From an uncultured Prevotellaceae bacterium (GTDB lineage Bacteria > Bacteroidota > Bacteroidia > Bacteroidales > Bacteroidaceae), in contig CADCAX010000007.1 of NCBI GenBank assembly GCA_902799455.1, positions 1,444 through 65,443 on the forward strand: 64,000 nt of DNA, given 5' to 3'. Below, piece after piece: positions 35,795 to 48,353 of this stretch. Both the position numbers and the translations under genes were made by a program. The notes beneath the pieces are model-generated. The model was not told the origin of the DNA. It ran no database searches and was given only the letters and a program-made list of their open reading frames with translations. The stretch's first letter is position 1. Every line of letters begins with the position of its first letter.

Positions 35795-37654
35795 TTATGA
35801 ATTATGCATTATGCATTGTTTAATTCCTTCGACATCCATGCCGTAGAGTTTCTGGAGTTCAGCGATGGTGCCATGTTCCACGAAGCTGTCTGTGGGCATT
35901 CCGATGCGGGTAACAGGCTTGGCATATCCCTTGTCAGCGAAATACTCCAACACGGCAGACCCCAGTCCACCATCCCTGACACCGTTTTCGACAGTTATCA
36001 CACGATCGTATGTGGCAGCCACCTCATCCAGCAGGGCTGTATCTATCGGCTTCAGGAATCTCATGTCGTAGTGTGCGACGTCTGTCCCCTTGACAGCCTC
36101 TATGACATTGTTTCCGATGTGACCTATTGACAGGACAGCAATTTTCTTGCCGTCTTTCAACTTGCGTCCCTTTCCCACCTCAATAGGCTCAAGAGGGCAT
36201 CGCCAGTCTTCCTTCACACCACGTCCCCTCGGATAGCGTATGACCCATGGTCCCTGACCATCCAGCTGGGCTGTGTACATCATCTTGCGCAGCTCATGCT
36301 CATTCAGTGGGGCACAGATAGTGAGGTTAGGAACAGGTTTCAGAGCAGCCAGGTCGAAGGCTCCATGATGCGTAGCACCATCCTCACCCACTATTCCTGC
36401 TCTGTCAAGACATAACACCACATGCAACTTTCCTATCGCGACATCGTGTATGATATTGTCATAGGCACGCTGCGCAAAGGCGCTGTATATGTTACAGAAA
36501 GGTATCATGCCCTCTTTTGCCAGACCTCCTGAGAAGGTTACGGCATGTCCCTCTGCTATACCCACGTCGAACGCCCTGTCAGGCATTGCTGCCATGAGTT
36601 TGTTCATAGAGCAGCCCGTCGGCATGGCAGGTGTGATACCCACAATCTTTTCGTTTGCCTGTGCCAATTCCACGAGGGTTTCTCCGAAGACATCCTGATA
36701 TTTCGCTCTCTTATCCTTATCCAGACGCTCACCCGTCTCAGGATTAAAACGTCCCGGGGCATGCCAAATGGTAGCCGCCTTTTCCGCAGGCTCATAGCCT
36801 TTACCCTTAACAGTATGAATATGAAGCAGTTTCGGCCCCCTCATATCCTTCAGCTGTCTGATTACACGTACCAGTTCTTTGATGTTATGTCCGTCAACAG
36901 GTCCGAAGTAACGGATGTTCATTCCCTCAAAGATATTCTGCTGCTCAGAAATGGCCGACTTGAAAGCATTCGATAGACGTATGACAGTCTTTCTTCTCGA
37001 ATCGTCAAGGTATCCTCTTCCCATGAGCCAGCGCCCTACCCTGTCACGCCAACGGTTATACGACTCATTGGTATTCAACGACAGCAGGTATTGTTTCATG
37101 CCTCCGACGCTGCGGTCTATCGACATATTGTTGTCGTTAAGAATGATGAGCAGGTTATTTGGAGAAGACGACACATTGTTAAGGCCCTCAAACGCCAGTC
37201 CACCACTGAGGCTTCCGTCACCTATTACAGCAACCACATTGCGATGGTTTCCCAGCTTAGCATCAGCGACAGCCATTCCCAAGGCCGCAGAGATGCTGTT
37301 AGAGGCATGTCCGCAGACAAAGGTGTCATATTCGCTCTCTTCAGGAGTGGGGAACGGATGCAAGCCGCCGAATTTGCGATTAGTATTGAAGACGTCGCGT
37401 CTGCCAGTGATAATCTTATGTCCGTATGCCTGATGTCCCACGTCCCAGACTATTCTGTCTTCAGGGGTATCATAGACATAGTGCAGGGCAACGGTCAGTT
37501 CTATTGTCCCCAATGATGAAGCCAGATGTCCCGGATTCACAGAGAGTTCCTTCACGATATCATCACGAAGTTCCGCACACACCTCTGGCAGTGCCTCAAC
37601 AGGCAATGCACGCAGGTCTGCAGGAAATTGGATTTGTGATAGATATTTATACAC
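35795..37654 (-). CDS. dxs: 1-deoxy-D-xylulose-5-phosphate synthase
   Basis: 'GHLASSLG', '[11 protein letters not shown]', 'GDGSLSGG...NDN', '[10 protein letters not shown]', 'GEDGATHHG', 'IRYPRG'; GTG start. Confidence 0.97.
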   Translation of the reverse strand: MYKYLSQIQFPADLRALPVEALPEVCAELRDDIVKELSVNPGHLASSLGTIELTVALHYVYDTPEDRIVWDVGHQAYGHKIITGRRDVFNTNRKFGGLHPFPTPEESEYDTFVCGHASNSISAALGMAVADAKLGNHRNVVAVIGDGSLSGGLAFEGLNNVSSSPNNLLIILNDNNMSIDRSVGGMKQYLLSLNTNESYNRWRDRVGRWLMGRGYLDDSRRKTVIRLSNAFKSAISEQQNIFEGMNIRYFGPVDGHNIKELVRVIRQLKDMRGPKLLHIHTVKGKGYEPAEKAATIWHAPGRFNPETGERLDKDKRAKYQDVFGETLVELAQANEKIVGITPAMPTGCSMNKLMAAMPDRAFDVGIAEGHAVTFSGGLAKEGMIPFCNIYSAFAQRAYDNIIHDVAIGKLHVVLCLDRAGIVGEDGATHHGAFDLAALKPVPNLTICAPLNEHELRKMMYTAQLDGQGPWVIRYPRGRGVKEDWRCPLEPIEVGKGRKLKDGKKIAVLSIGHIGNNVIEAVKGTDVAHYDMRFLKPIDTALLDEVAATYDRVITVENGVRDGGLGSAVLEYFADKGYAKPVTRIGMPTDSFVEHGTIAELQKLYGMDVEGIKQCIMHNS

Positions 37655-37669
37655 GACTATTTGAATGGG

Positions 37670-37795
37670 AGTTAAGAGTTAAGAGTTAAGAGTTAAGAAT
37701 TAAGAATTAAGAGTTAAGAGTTAAGAATTAAGAAATAAACTTTCAACTTTCTACTATCAACTGACTTTAAACTTTAAACTCTAAACTTTAAACTT
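37670..37795. repeat. Composite heptamer element, copy 2
   Basis: Same architecture and core as 34252-34404. Confidence 0.9.
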
Positions 37796-38853
37796 TATTT
37801 CACATTACCTACCTTTATCAGGTACTCAGCAATCTGTACTGCATTAAGTGCTGCACCCTTCTTAATCTGGTCGCCAGAGAGCCAGAAAGTCAGTCCGTTA
37901 TCGTTAGCTAGGTCTTCGCGAACACGTCCCACATAGACGTCATCCTTACCTGCTGTGTAGAGAGGCATTGGGTAAGGCAGACCTTCCATTGTCTCTTTTG
38001 AAGCGTCAGCATTTGCCTTTGCGCCAACCTTCTTAGGATCGTCAACGAGAGTTACACCAGGAGCATTACGCAGAGCCTCCTGAGCAGCCTCAACGCTGAT
38101 TTTCTTCTCTGTCTCAATCCATACAGCCTCTGAATGGGCACGGAGTGAAGAAATTCTGACACACATAGCAGAGCAACGAGCATCTGTATGCATGATTTTC
38201 TTTGTCTCGTTGAACATCTTCATCTCTTCCTTGGTGTAGCCGTTATCCTGGAACACGTCAATCTGAGGAATGACATTATAAGCCAACTGATAAGCGAACT
38301 TGTTCACTGTAGGCTGCTTGTCCTCAGCCAGCTCCTTATACTGCTGCTTCAGTTCTGCCATAGCGGCAGCACCAGCACCTGATGCGCTCTGGTATGAAGC
38401 GATGTGTATGCGCTCAATGTGAGAAAGTTTCTCCAATGGCTGCAGACATACCACCATCATGATTGTCGTACAGTTAGGATTGGCAATGATGCCGCGAGGT
38501 CTCTTCAGGGCATCCTCAGCATTACACTCAGGTACTACCAATGGCACATCATCGTCCATACGGAAAGCACTGGAATTGTCAATCATCACAGCACCATACT
38601 TGGTGATATCCTCGCAGAATTCCTTTGAGGTACCTGCACCAGCACTGGTGAATGCGATATCAACATCCTTGAAATCGTCATTATGCTGAAGAAGCTTCAC
38701 CTCATATTCCTTACCACGAAAGGTATATTTCGTTCCAGCAGAACGCTGTGAGCCAAACAGCACTAATTCATCAAGTGGGAAATTTCTTTCATCAAGGACA
38801 CGGAGGAACTCCTGTCCTACTGCGCCTGAAGCGCCTACAATTGCTACTTTCAT
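37795..38853 (-). CDS. asd: Aspartate-semialdehyde dehydrogenase
   Basis: 'VGASGAVG', 'IDNSSAFRM', 'IANPNCTT', 'YQSASGAG', '[12 protein letters not shown]'. Confidence 0.97.
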   Translation of the reverse strand: MKVAIVGASGAVGQEFLRVLDERNFPLDELVLFGSQRSAGTKYTFRGKEYEVKLLQHNDDFKDVDIAFTSAGAGTSKEFCEDITKYGAVMIDNSSAFRMDDDVPLVVPECNAEDALKRPRGIIANPNCTTIMMVVCLQPLEKLSHIERIHIASYQSASGAGAAAMAELKQQYKELAEDKQPTVNKFAYQLAYNVIPQIDVFQDNGYTKEEMKMFNETKKIMHTDARCSAMCVRISSLRAHSEAVWIETEKKISVEAAQEALRNAPGVTLVDDPKKVGAKANADASKETMEGLPYPMPLYTAGKDDVYVGRVREDLANDNGLTFWLSGDQIKKGAALNAVQIAEYLIKVGNVK

Positions 38854-38978
38854 ATCTAATTTTATTTTATATTAACATTTTCGGGCGCAAAGTTACTAAA
38901 AAAATCTTTATTTCATACATTCTTTATATTTTTTTACTACCTTTGCACAAAATTTCTTGACCTATAGCACTTAAATAC

Positions 38979-41114
38979 ATGTCCGAATATTTCCCTATAA
39001 CCAGTCCTACGATGGTATTTTTTACCGTCTTGCTGATTATTCTCTTCGCCCCCATAGTGATGAGCAAACTGCGTATTCCGCATATCATCGGTATGGTATT
39101 GGCAGGAGTTATCATCGGCCCTTACGGCTTTAACATCCTCGAACGTGACGCCTCTTTCGAGTTGTTCGGACGTGTCGGACTGCTGTATATTATGTTCCTT
39201 GCAGGTATTGAGATGGACCTTCAGGGGCTGAAGAATGATATCCGTAAGATTGGCATCTTCAGTCTTGCCTCATTCCTCACGCCATTTATAATGATGTATC
39301 TTGCTGGCGTGCATTTTCTGGGCTATTCCTCCCTTGCCTCCGTCATTCTCTCGTGCGTCATGGCAGCTAATACGCTTATCGCCTACCCTATCGTGGCACG
39401 CTTCGGACTGCAGAAACATACCACCACGACAATCTCTGTCGGAGCTTCCATGACATCCCTGCTGCTTGCCCTCATCGTGGTGACAGCAGTAGAAGGCAGC
39501 ATTCTCGGAGGAACAGGTGTGGCATTCTGGGCCCTGTTCGTAGCCAAGTTCGTTCTCTATTGTGCTGCGATACAATACTTCCTGCGCATTGCGACTCGAT
39601 GGTTCCTCAGGAGCTATAGCGACTCAGTGATGCAGTATATCTTTGTTCTGGGCATGATGTTCTTCAGTGCCGCCATATCAGAGTTCATCGGCATTGACGG
39701 TATCTTCGGAGCCTTCTTCAGCGGTCTGGTACTCAACCGTTTCATACCTCAGGTGTCGCCCCTCATGAATCGCATCGAATTCATAGGTAATGCCATCTTC
39801 ATTCCCTACTTCCTTATTGGTGTGGGAATGCTGATAAATATAGGTCTGCTGTTTGAGCCGTCAAGCAATCCTACCTCCGTAGGCATCATACTCACTGTCG
39901 TTACCATCGTCATTGTAGGCACACTGGGCAAGGCCATTGCCGCCTACGCCTCATGCTTCGCCTTCCGCCTCCCCTGGCAGGACGGACACCTGATGTTCGG
40001 CCTCACCTCTGCCCACGCAGCAGGTGGTATTGCCATCGTGATGATAGGCATGAAACTAAATATCATGGGAGACGATATGCTCAACGGTGTTGTCATCATG
40101 ATACTCTTTACATGCATCATATCCACCATCGTTACTGACTATGCCTCACGTCGCATCGTTATTACCGACGATCTGCGACAGCGTCAGGACAAGAATTCTG
40201 ATGACGAGAAGATACTCATCCCAGTGAAATATCCAGAGACGTGCAACACCCTTGTCAACCTTGCCGCCATGATGCGCAATCGCGACCTTAACAGAGGTCT
40301 CATAGCCCTCAATGTGGTGTATGACGATGATGATGCGGAACGCAATCAGATGAAAGGTCACAAACTTCTTGAGAGTGTCGTCAGCAAGGCGGCAGAGTCT
40401 GACATAAGGGTAGAGACTCAGGTGCGTCTGGCCACGAATATTGCCAACGGCATCAAGCATGCCTTCAAGGAGTTCGACTGTTCGGAAATCATCATGGGAG
40501 CACATATTCATGACAATTCCCGCAGAGCCTTCTGGGGCGAATTTGCGCAGAGTGTCTTCAACGGCCTCTCACGCCAGATTATCATCACCCGCTGCACCCA
40601 GCCATTCAGCACTCTCAGCGCTATGCGCATAGCGGTACCGTCACGTGCAGAATTCGAGCCAGGCTTCTACCGTTGGCTTGAACGTCTCTCACGTATGGCA
40701 CATAATATAGGTTGCCGTATCATCTTCCATGGAAGGGTTGACTCCCTCAATCTCATTGACCAGTATATCTCCCACCGCCATCCCAACGTGCGTGCGGAAT
40801 ATGTCTCCATGCCAAAGTGGAAAGGCCTTATCGACCTCATGGAGAACACCACAGCCAATGAGATGCTCGTAGTCGTCACAGCACGTAAAGGTACGGTGTC
40901 ATACAAGGCAGCCCTTGCCAATCTTCCAGAAGAAATGACGGAACACTACAAGGGCACTAACTATATGATACTCTTCCCTGACCAGTTTGGGCCAGCACCA
41001 GACACCATGACCTTCGCAGAAGCGCAGCATACGGAGCAGCTCTCTGCCTACCATGAATTCATCCTCTGGTGGCGCAAGCAAAGCAGAAGAATACGGAAAA
41101 TGGTTAACGGTTAA
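38979..41114 (+). CDS. Cation:proton antiporter (CPA2-like) with C-terminal USP-like domains
   Basis: 'RIPHIIGMVLAGVIIGP', 'GLLYIMFLAGIEMD', 'GIFGAFFSGL', 'FIPYFLIGVG'. Confidence 0.9.
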   Translation: MSEYFPITSPTMVFFTVLLIILFAPIVMSKLRIPHIIGMVLAGVIIGPYGFNILERDASFELFGRVGLLYIMFLAGIEMDLQGLKNDIRKIGIFSLASFLTPFIMMYLAGVHFLGYSSLASVILSCVMAANTLIAYPIVARFGLQKHTTTTISVGASMTSLLLALIVVTAVEGSILGGTGVAFWALFVAKFVLYCAAIQYFLRIATRWFLRSYSDSVMQYIFVLGMMFFSAAISEFIGIDGIFGAFFSGLVLNRFIPQVSPLMNRIEFIGNAIFIPYFLIGVGMLINIGLLFEPSSNPTSVGIILTVVTIVIVGTLGKAIAAYASCFAFRLPWQDGHLMFGLTSAHAAGGIAIVMIGMKLNIMGDDMLNGVVIMILFTCIISTIVTDYASRRIVITDDLRQRQDKNSDDEKILIPVKYPETCNTLVNLAAMMRNRDLNRGLIALNVVYDDDDAERNQMKGHKLLESVVSKAAESDIRVETQVRLATNIANGIKHAFKEFDCSEIIMGAHIHDNSRRAFWGEFAQSVFNGLSRQIIITRCTQPFSTLSAMRIAVPSRAEFEPGFYRWLERLSRMAHNIGCRIIFHGRVDSLNLIDQYISHRHPNVRAEYVSMPKWKGLIDLMENTTANEMLVVVTARKGTVSYKAALANLPEEMTEHYKGTNYMILFPDQFGPAPDTMTFAEAQHTEQLSAYHEFILWWRKQSRRIRKMVNG

Positions 41115-41146
41115 TGGTTAATGGTTAATGGTTAACGGTTAACTGT
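41100..41146. repeat. Heptamer array (GGTTAAT/GGTTAAC)n between convergent genes
   Basis: About 6.5 copies; includes the antiporter stop codon. Confidence 0.9.
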
Positions 41147-41637
41147 TAAAGATTTTGTGCTTCTCTCCTGCGTTTTAGCCACGCCATGTAGGTGCGGATG
41201 GCGAGTTCCACCATCCTGACGCAGGGGCGTTTTTTATAATACTCATCAGTACGGGCTTCAGGGGTTGGGTCAGTACTGATATTTTTGACATAGCCACGAA
41301 GTAACTCACGACAGATGAGGGAGCCTGTCTGCGCTTTGAAATCAGCAGCGAGTTCCTGAACAGCGGCATAGTTGAGGGCTTTTACCTCCTGATTGGCTTC
41401 TGGAACAGAGGTCTCAAGACCTGCTATCATAAACATACCACTGGCAGTGCCGCACGTCTCACGCATGCGTCCCATGCCTGCGCCAAAGCTGGCAGAGAGG
41501 AGCGTGATAAGGTCTTCTGGCACATCGTACATATCGGCAAAGGTACGTGCCACAGACTGGGCACAATTATAGCCCTGCTTAAAATAGGCCACACCCTTAG
41601 CTACACGAGCCTCGGTCTCGGATTCCCAATTAGTCAT
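41146..41637 (-). CDS. C-GCAxxG-C-C family putative redox protein
   Basis: 'GYNCAQSV', 'FGAGMGR..ETCGTASG', 'GSLICREL', 'RPC'. Confidence 0.9.
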   Translation of the reverse strand: MTNWESETEARVAKGVAYFKQGYNCAQSVARTFADMYDVPEDLITLLSASFGAGMGRMRETCGTASGMFMIAGLETSVPEANQEVKALNYAAVQELAADFKAQTGSLICRELLRGYVKNISTDPTPEARTDEYYKKRPCVRMVELAIRTYMAWLKRRREAQNL

Positions 41638-41699
41638 ATAAAGTTTAAAGTTTAGAGTTTAGAGTTTAAAGTTTAGAGACAGCTTAAGAGTTCAAGAGT

Positions 41700-42308
41700 T
41701 TAAGAGTAAGAGCCGTGAATCAGTTTATATGCTATAGAGCCTGGGGCCGGGGTGGCGACGGTGAGGTTGTCAGGGTCGAACCACTGAGCATCTACTATCT
41801 CTTCTTTCTGGCATGTTATCTCACCACTGTCATAATCGGCATAGAATCCCAGCATGAGCTGACGCGGGAAGGGCCAGCTCTGACTGCCACGATACTGTAT
41901 ATTCTTTATCTTTATGCCAGTCTCTTCGAACACCTCACGACGGACAGCAGCCTCTATCGTCTCTCCAGGCTCCACATAACCAGCCAGACAGGCATAGATA
42001 TCCTGATTGCGCTGGGTATGACGGGCAAGGAGAAATTTTCCCTCCTTACGCACCACGACAATGATGCATGGGTCGATGCGAGGAAATAGCAGATTGCCAC
42101 ATTCAGGACATTCCATTGCCGTGAAGTCTGTGCTCTCGACAAGTTTTGTGCCACACTTAGGACAGAAGACAGTCTGCTTGCGCCATTCGGACAGGGCCTT
42201 GGCACGGAACACCTGCGATGCCGTCTCCTCGTCGTGGGTAGCATAGAACTGCCGCAGCTCCTGACGGGAATAGCTGTCGATATTTGAGATAATATCTTTA
42301 TAATTCAT
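41700..42308 (-). CDS. nudC: NAD(+) diphosphatase (NudC-like Nudix hydrolase)
   Basis: Zn ribbon FCPKCG..CPECG; Nudix box 'AGYVEPGETIEAAVRREVFEETG'; 'SQSWPFP'. Confidence 0.9.
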   Translation of the reverse strand: MNYKDIISNIDSYSRQELRQFYATHDEETASQVFRAKALSEWRKQTVFCPKCGTKLVESTDFTAMECPECGNLLFPRIDPCIIVVVRKEGKFLLARHTQRNQDIYACLAGYVEPGETIEAAVRREVFEETGIKIKNIQYRGSQSWPFPRQLMLGFYADYDSGEITCQKEEIVDAQWFDPDNLTVATPAPGSIAYKLIHGSYS

Positions 42309-42313
42309 AATTA

Positions 42314-43483
<1,170 letters not shown>

Positions 43484-43490
43484 TCAATTT

Positions 43491-46091
43491 TCAATTATCA
43501 ATTATCATCTCCAAAACCTTCATATCATTGTCTGCAGAACTTCTGCCACACATCACCTCGTAGTTGCCAGCCTTGGTACGCATGGTGCTGGTGACGCCGT
43601 CCCACAGCTCGAAGGTCTTTCTTGTCAATGGTATTGTGACAGTCTTTGTCTCTCCAGCCTTCAGTGTTACACGCTGGAAGCCCCTGAGACTCTTCAAAGG
43701 ACCTTCTGTGTCGGCCTTGTCGCGAACATAGAGTTGTACTACCTCTGTACCCTCGCGACTGCCCGTATTGGTAACATCCACGCTTAGGCTTCCTGTGCCG
43801 TCAGCGGCTGCTGTCAGTTTTTCGTTACCTATCTTGAAGGTAGTATATGACAATCCATAGCCGAACGGATAGAGGGCATCAGAGAAATAGCGGTATGTGC
43901 GGCCCTTCATTGAGTAGTCCTCATAGTCAGGCAGCTGGTTGCTGTTCTTATAGAAGGTGACAGGCAATTTTCCTGAAGGATTAACATCTCCGAAGAGCAC
44001 ATCAGCAACAGCAGTGCCACCCTCCTGACCAGGATACCACGCCTGAACGATAGCGTCGCAGGTCTCTGTCTCAGGCTGCAGAGCGATGCATGAGCCAGAG
44101 CAGTTGACGAAGATAATCTGCTTGCCAGCATCCTTCAGGGCCTTGAGGAATTCACGCTGCACCTTAGGCAATTCGATATTGGTACGGTCGCCACCCTTGA
44201 AACCTTCGATATCAACAGGCATCTCCTCACCCTCAAGGGCTGGTGATATACCACCTACGAAGATAACCTTGTCGATGCCCTTGAGCTGGGCGATGGTCTC
44301 CTGATAGTCGATAGGATGCTCCTTAGCGATATTGATGGCAAGGTTAGCATTATAGGTATGAACATGAGAGAAGCGCACCTCTATGTTATAGCTCTTGCCC
44401 TTCTCGGCCTGAATAGCGACGCGGTTAGGCGTAGTACGCCAGATGCGATGTTTGAACTTACGCTCACCATCGATGTAGAGTTCAAACTGTCCGCAGCCAT
44501 CCACATTCACCACATATTCACCAGCCTCGCTTGGGGTGAAGACTGTCTCGTACTTGGCAGAGAAATCCTCAAGCTGTACACCAGGGGCAAAGTTATGCAT
44601 ACCAAAGGTGGTGACAGCCAGCGGAGTAGTATAATACTGCGTTGTGACAGGCTTGCCCTCCATTTTTCTATTATTCCAGAAAGTACCCTTCATACCCTTC
44701 TTCCCCTCGAAGCTGCACTGCGAAGCCATGAGGCACTCCATCACCTTGTCGTAGGTAAGGTCGCAGCCAGGGATATAGGTTATTTTCTTCTGCTTAGCCT
44801 TTATGCCGTCAAGGATAGTAACGGTATGGTTAGGCTGACCGTTATAGTTGCCCCACATCATAGGCATATTGTCAGCATTAGGACCTATGACGGCAATCTT
44901 CTCCTTATTCTTACTGAGAGGCAGGATGCCACCCTTGTTCTGGAGCAGCACGATAGTCTGGCGCGCCATATCGAGGGAGATATTGGCAGAAGCCTTTGTT
45001 GACATAGCAGAGTAAGGTATCTTAGACCATTCCACGAGCGACGGGTCATCCATCTCGCCAAGGTCGAAACGGCCTTCGAGAAGTCGGATGACATGCTTGT
45101 CAACCTCAGCCTCAGTGATAAATCCACGCTGCACAGCCTCTGGGATGCTCTTGTAGGCATAGCCATAGCCACACTCCACATCAGTACCAGCGATAGTAGC
45201 CTTTGCAGAGGCATGAACAGGGTCAGAGGAAGATTTGTGAGACTCATAGAAATCGCTGACAGCGCCACAATCACTCACAACAAGATATTTGAAGCCCCAC
45301 TCATCACGCAGGATGGTCTGCAGCAGACGCTGGCTGCCACAGCAGGGGTCGTCATCAAGACGCTGATAGGCACACATCACCTCGCGCACCTTAGCATCCT
45401 GAACAAGAGTCTTAAAGGCTGGCATATAGGTCTCCCACATATCGCGTGGCGACACATCAGTAAGGTTTGCCGAGTGGCGTGTATATTCCGGGCCGCTATG
45501 TACGGCATAGTGCTTGGCACAAGCCCACAACTTACGATATTTTGCTGTCTCAGGACCCTGCAGGCCCTTTACTACCTGCACCCCCATGACGCTGGTCAGG
45601 TATGGGTCCTCGCCATAAGTCTCCTGTCCCCTGCCCCAACGTGGGTCGCGAAAAATGTTGACATTGGGAGTCCAGACAGAGAGGCTGTGAAACTTCTCGT
45701 CCTCACCCTTTTGGTCGTACATACGGTGGTTATACTGAGCACGGAATTCTGTGCTGGCAACGTCGAAACACTTATATAGCAAATCAGGATTAAAGGATGC
45801 CGCCATTGCCACAGGCTCAGGGAACACCGTAACATTACCCATATTGGCAGCTCCATGCAGCGCCTCGCTCCACCAGAAGAACTTCTTGATTCCCAAGCGA
45901 GGGATAGCAGGACTCTCATCGAGCATCAGTTTTGCCTTCTCTTCAAGAGTAAGCTGCGAGCAGAGGTCGACGGCCCTTTCGTGGGCGCTGAGGTTAGGAT
46001 TTTTGTACTTAGGTTGTGACGTCTGTGACATCATCGGCATGCTAATGCCAAGCGACAGCATCATAGCTGCAAGAACTCTACGTGTCTTCAT
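43491..46091 (-). CDS. xyl3A: GH3 xylan 1,4-beta-xylosidase with PA14 insertion and Fn3-like C-terminus
   Basis: 'WWSEALHG', 'WTPNVNIFRDPRWGRGQETYGEDP', 'AKHYAVH', nucleophile motif 'VVSDCGA', 'EGEE'. Confidence 0.9.
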   Translation of the reverse strand: MKTRRVLAAMMLSLGISMPMMSQTSQPKYKNPNLSAHERAVDLCSQLTLEEKAKLMLDESPAIPRLGIKKFFWWSEALHGAANMGNVTVFPEPVAMAASFNPDLLYKCFDVASTEFRAQYNHRMYDQKGEDEKFHSLSVWTPNVNIFRDPRWGRGQETYGEDPYLTSVMGVQVVKGLQGPETAKYRKLWACAKHYAVHSGPEYTRHSANLTDVSPRDMWETYMPAFKTLVQDAKVREVMCAYQRLDDDPCCGSQRLLQTILRDEWGFKYLVVSDCGAVSDFYESHKSSSDPVHASAKATIAGTDVECGYGYAYKSIPEAVQRGFITEAEVDKHVIRLLEGRFDLGEMDDPSLVEWSKIPYSAMSTKASANISLDMARQTIVLLQNKGGILPLSKNKEKIAVIGPNADNMPMMWGNYNGQPNHTVTILDGIKAKQKKITYIPGCDLTYDKVMECLMASQCSFEGKKGMKGTFWNNRKMEGKPVTTQYYTTPLAVTTFGMHNFAPGVQLEDFSAKYETVFTPSEAGEYVVNVDGCGQFELYIDGERKFKHRIWRTTPNRVAIQAEKGKSYNIEVRFSHVHTYNANLAINIAKEHPIDYQETIAQLKGIDKVIFVGGISPALEGEEMPVDIEGFKGGDRTNIELPKVQREFLKALKDAGKQIIFVNCSGSCIALQPETETCDAIVQAWYPGQEGGTAVADVLFGDVNPSGKLPVTFYKNSNQLPDYEDYSMKGRTYRYFSDALYPFGYGLSYTTFKIGNEKLTAAADGTGSLSVDVTNTGSREGTEVVQLYVRDKADTEGPLKSLRGFQRVTLKAGETKTVTIPLTRKTFELWDGVTSTMRTKAGNYEVMCGRSSADNDMKVLEMIIDN

Positions 46092-46131
46092 ATAATTGAT
46101 AATTAAACTTTCTACTATAAACTTTTAAACT

Positions 46132-46956
46132 CTAAACTTTATAAACGTAGTTCATCTTCATAGCTATGTAGCCTTTAGGCCATTTTTTTCTATCGAGATA
46201 CAGCTTTGCCCTACCGTTGCTGAGCAGGAAGAGGCCTGACCTTATCTCCTTGAATTCATAATACATCGTATTCTGGCCCTCGCTATAACTGATGCGTGAT
46301 ATCTGCCAACAGCCATCTGCAATGTGCACCTCCATATTGTCGAGCTTCACGATATAGAAGGTTCTATTGCCAGCAGTATAGCTGCCGCTATATTTCATTC
46401 CTGTTTCTTTTTTCTTCTTGTATTTCTTTTGCAACTCCTTCACCTTGTCGCGCACCTTCTCATAGAACTTGTCATAGACATTGGCACTCATCATGCCGTC
46501 GTGTTTCAGGAACGATGCTATCTGCTTCTGGGTCAATTCCTGCTTCATCTCCACCATACGAACATTTGAGGTGGTTATCTTTCCTTTATTGTATAAGATA
46601 TCCTCCGCCATCGTGATGCCAAAATGCTTGTGTTCCATGAGAGCCGACACGATAGGTCCGAATCCAGCCAGACGTGCAGCAAAGGAAATGGTGCGACGAT
46701 GTGGTATCGCCTTCAGGTCGATATCTTTCTCCAACTGGCACGTAACGGAATATCTCAAGGTATTGATGCGAGCCTTGAGGGGTTTGGCATTCGCAAGAAC
46801 CTGTTTCAGGAGATATTCCTCGAATGTCATACCATCCGCCAGCACCACCGTCTCAGGAAGATTCAGCGAGGCGGCAATGTCGTCTGTATCCTGAGCCTGA
46901 GCGCCAAGGACAAAGAAGATAGCAAATAATATGGTGATTATATAGTTCAAAAACAA
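46132..46956 (-). CDS. Hypothetical exported protein
   Basis: Signal peptide-like N-terminus (…GAQA-Q); co-oriented within the operon. Confidence 0.7.
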   Translation of the reverse strand: MFLNYIITILFAIFFVLGAQAQDTDDIAASLNLPETVVLADGMTFEEYLLKQVLANAKPLKARINTLRYSVTCQLEKDIDLKAIPHRRTISFAARLAGFGPIVSALMEHKHFGITMAEDILYNKGKITTSNVRMVEMKQELTQKQIASFLKHDGMMSANVYDKFYEKVRDKVKELQKKYKKKKETGMKYSGSYTAGNRTFYIVKLDNMEVHIADGCWQISRISYSEGQNTMYYEFKEIRSGLFLLSNGRAKLYLDRKKWPKGYIAMKMNYVYKV

Positions 46957-47588
46957 TTATGAATTATGAATTCGTACGTCACCCCTTCAAAGCTTTTCAG
47001 GGCCTTGTTGCAGAGAGGTGTTATTTCCTCTATAGTGTGGCCTGTGGCAAGTCCTATGGTATATATCCCCGACGCCATTCCCGCCTTCAGTCCGTTATAG
47101 GCATCTTCAAAGACGATGCAACTGTCGAGGGGTGCCTGCAATACCTCTGACGCCTTCAGGTAGCAATCCGGAGCAGGCTTTGAGGCTCCAAAGTCTTCTG
47201 CTGTCAGTATCTTGTCAAACATCGTGGCGATAAGAGGATTATTCTTAGTGGCATACTCCATCTTCTGCTTGTTTGAAGAGGTGGCGATGGCACATTTCAC
47301 ACCGTGGCTGCGGATATCTGCAAGGAAGTCCTCCACATAAGGGAAGAAACTGTAATCCATCTGTGCCTCAAACTCATCCAGCTCCTTTATTATCGCCTCG
47401 TGCGTCTCGGGGCTGAAATATGTAGCCAGGATATTCTCCAGCGTAGTACCTTTTATGATATACTCCAGATTGGGCACATCAGGGCGGTATTTCCGCGCTA
47501 TACGTCCCCAGACAACGGTATATTGGTCTTCAGTATCTATGAGAGTACCGTCAAGGTCAAAAAGTGCTGCTTTAAAACTACGTTTCAT
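46947..47588 (-). CDS. HAD-IA family phosphatase
   Basis: 'FDLDGTLIDT', 'ATSS', 'SKPAPDCY', 'VFEDAYNG'. Confidence 0.92.
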   Translation of the reverse strand: MKRSFKAALFDLDGTLIDTEDQYTVVWGRIARKYRPDVPNLEYIIKGTTLENILATYFSPETHEAIIKELDEFEAQMDYSFFPYVEDFLADIRSHGVKCAIATSSNKQKMEYATKNNPLIATMFDKILTAEDFGASKPAPDCYLKASEVLQAPLDSCIVFEDAYNGLKAGMASGIYTIGLATGHTIEEITPLCNKALKSFEGVTYEFIIHNCF

Positions 47589-47722
47589 CAGGCTACAAAA
47601 TTACGAAATAATATAGAAAGAATCATGATAATAGAGAAAGTTTATTTGTTTTTAAGTTTTTCTAACTTTCAAATTATAACCGCACTACTGCTCTTCGAGA
47701 CTTTCATTTATAGTCAGGATGT

Positions 47723-48340
47723 TCATAGTGTATTTATCGTCTTTTGCAATTCTTCTAAGAATCGGACAGCGTGCGAGCCGTCCATCTGGGCGTGGTGGAA
47801 CTGGAAGGAGATAGGTAAAGTCGTCCTTAGCCAACCTTTGCGGTAGCGACCCCATGCCAGGAAGGGGTTGTTGAAAATACCACTGTACTGATTGATGATG
47901 CCATCAAGCTCCGTACCAGTCAATGCCGATGTGCCGACTACCACAGCTTCATCGTCAAATATGTCTTGGCAGCTTTGCCTGATGGTCTCTGTCAGATGCA
48001 GGTAATTGGCATTAAACGCCTCCAAATCATCGGTGACGGCAACGTCACAGAAACTAAGTTCTCCCTTTACATTATCTACTATCACGTTAATGGCCATACG
48101 GTCATATTTGTATAGTTTCCCGTCCTGGGGCAACATGTAAAACTCCTCTATCCCTGATGCCGCCCTGCCAATGCACCAGCAAAGCAGCATATTGAATTTC
48201 ATACCACGCCGACGGCTCACCCTGCGAAGTCGTGTCACGTCGAAAGTTTTTGTGAACGTCACCATCGGCATAGGCGACTTCATCCACAGTTCGAATGCTA
48301 TGGCTCTATTAGTGTCCTTGGGATTGATTTTCTGTTTCAT
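47723..48340 (-). CDS. CatA-like O-acetyltransferase
   Basis: CAT-fold motif 'LPISFQFHHAQMDGSH'. Confidence 0.85.
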   Translation of the reverse strand: MKQKINPKDTNRAIAFELWMKSPMPMVTFTKTFDVTRLRRVSRRRGMKFNMLLCWCIGRAASGIEEFYMLPQDGKLYKYDRMAINVIVDNVKGELSFCDVAVTDDLEAFNANYLHLTETIRQSCQDIFDDEAVVVGTSALTGTELDGIINQYSGIFNNPFLAWGRYRKGWLRTTLPISFQFHHAQMDGSHAVRFLEELQKTINTL

Positions 48341-48353
48341 GTTCTCTAAATTC

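Noticed and set aside
37980-38040. Apparent extra segment '[19 protein letters not shown]' in Asd
   Set aside because: Probably an ordinary loop insertion. No repeat or intein signature, and its size cannot be confirmed without an alignment.
47723-48340. Acquired chloramphenicol resistance gene
   Set aside because: Only a CAT-like fold motif is seen, in a chromosomal context with no mobility signs. Resistance cannot be inferred.
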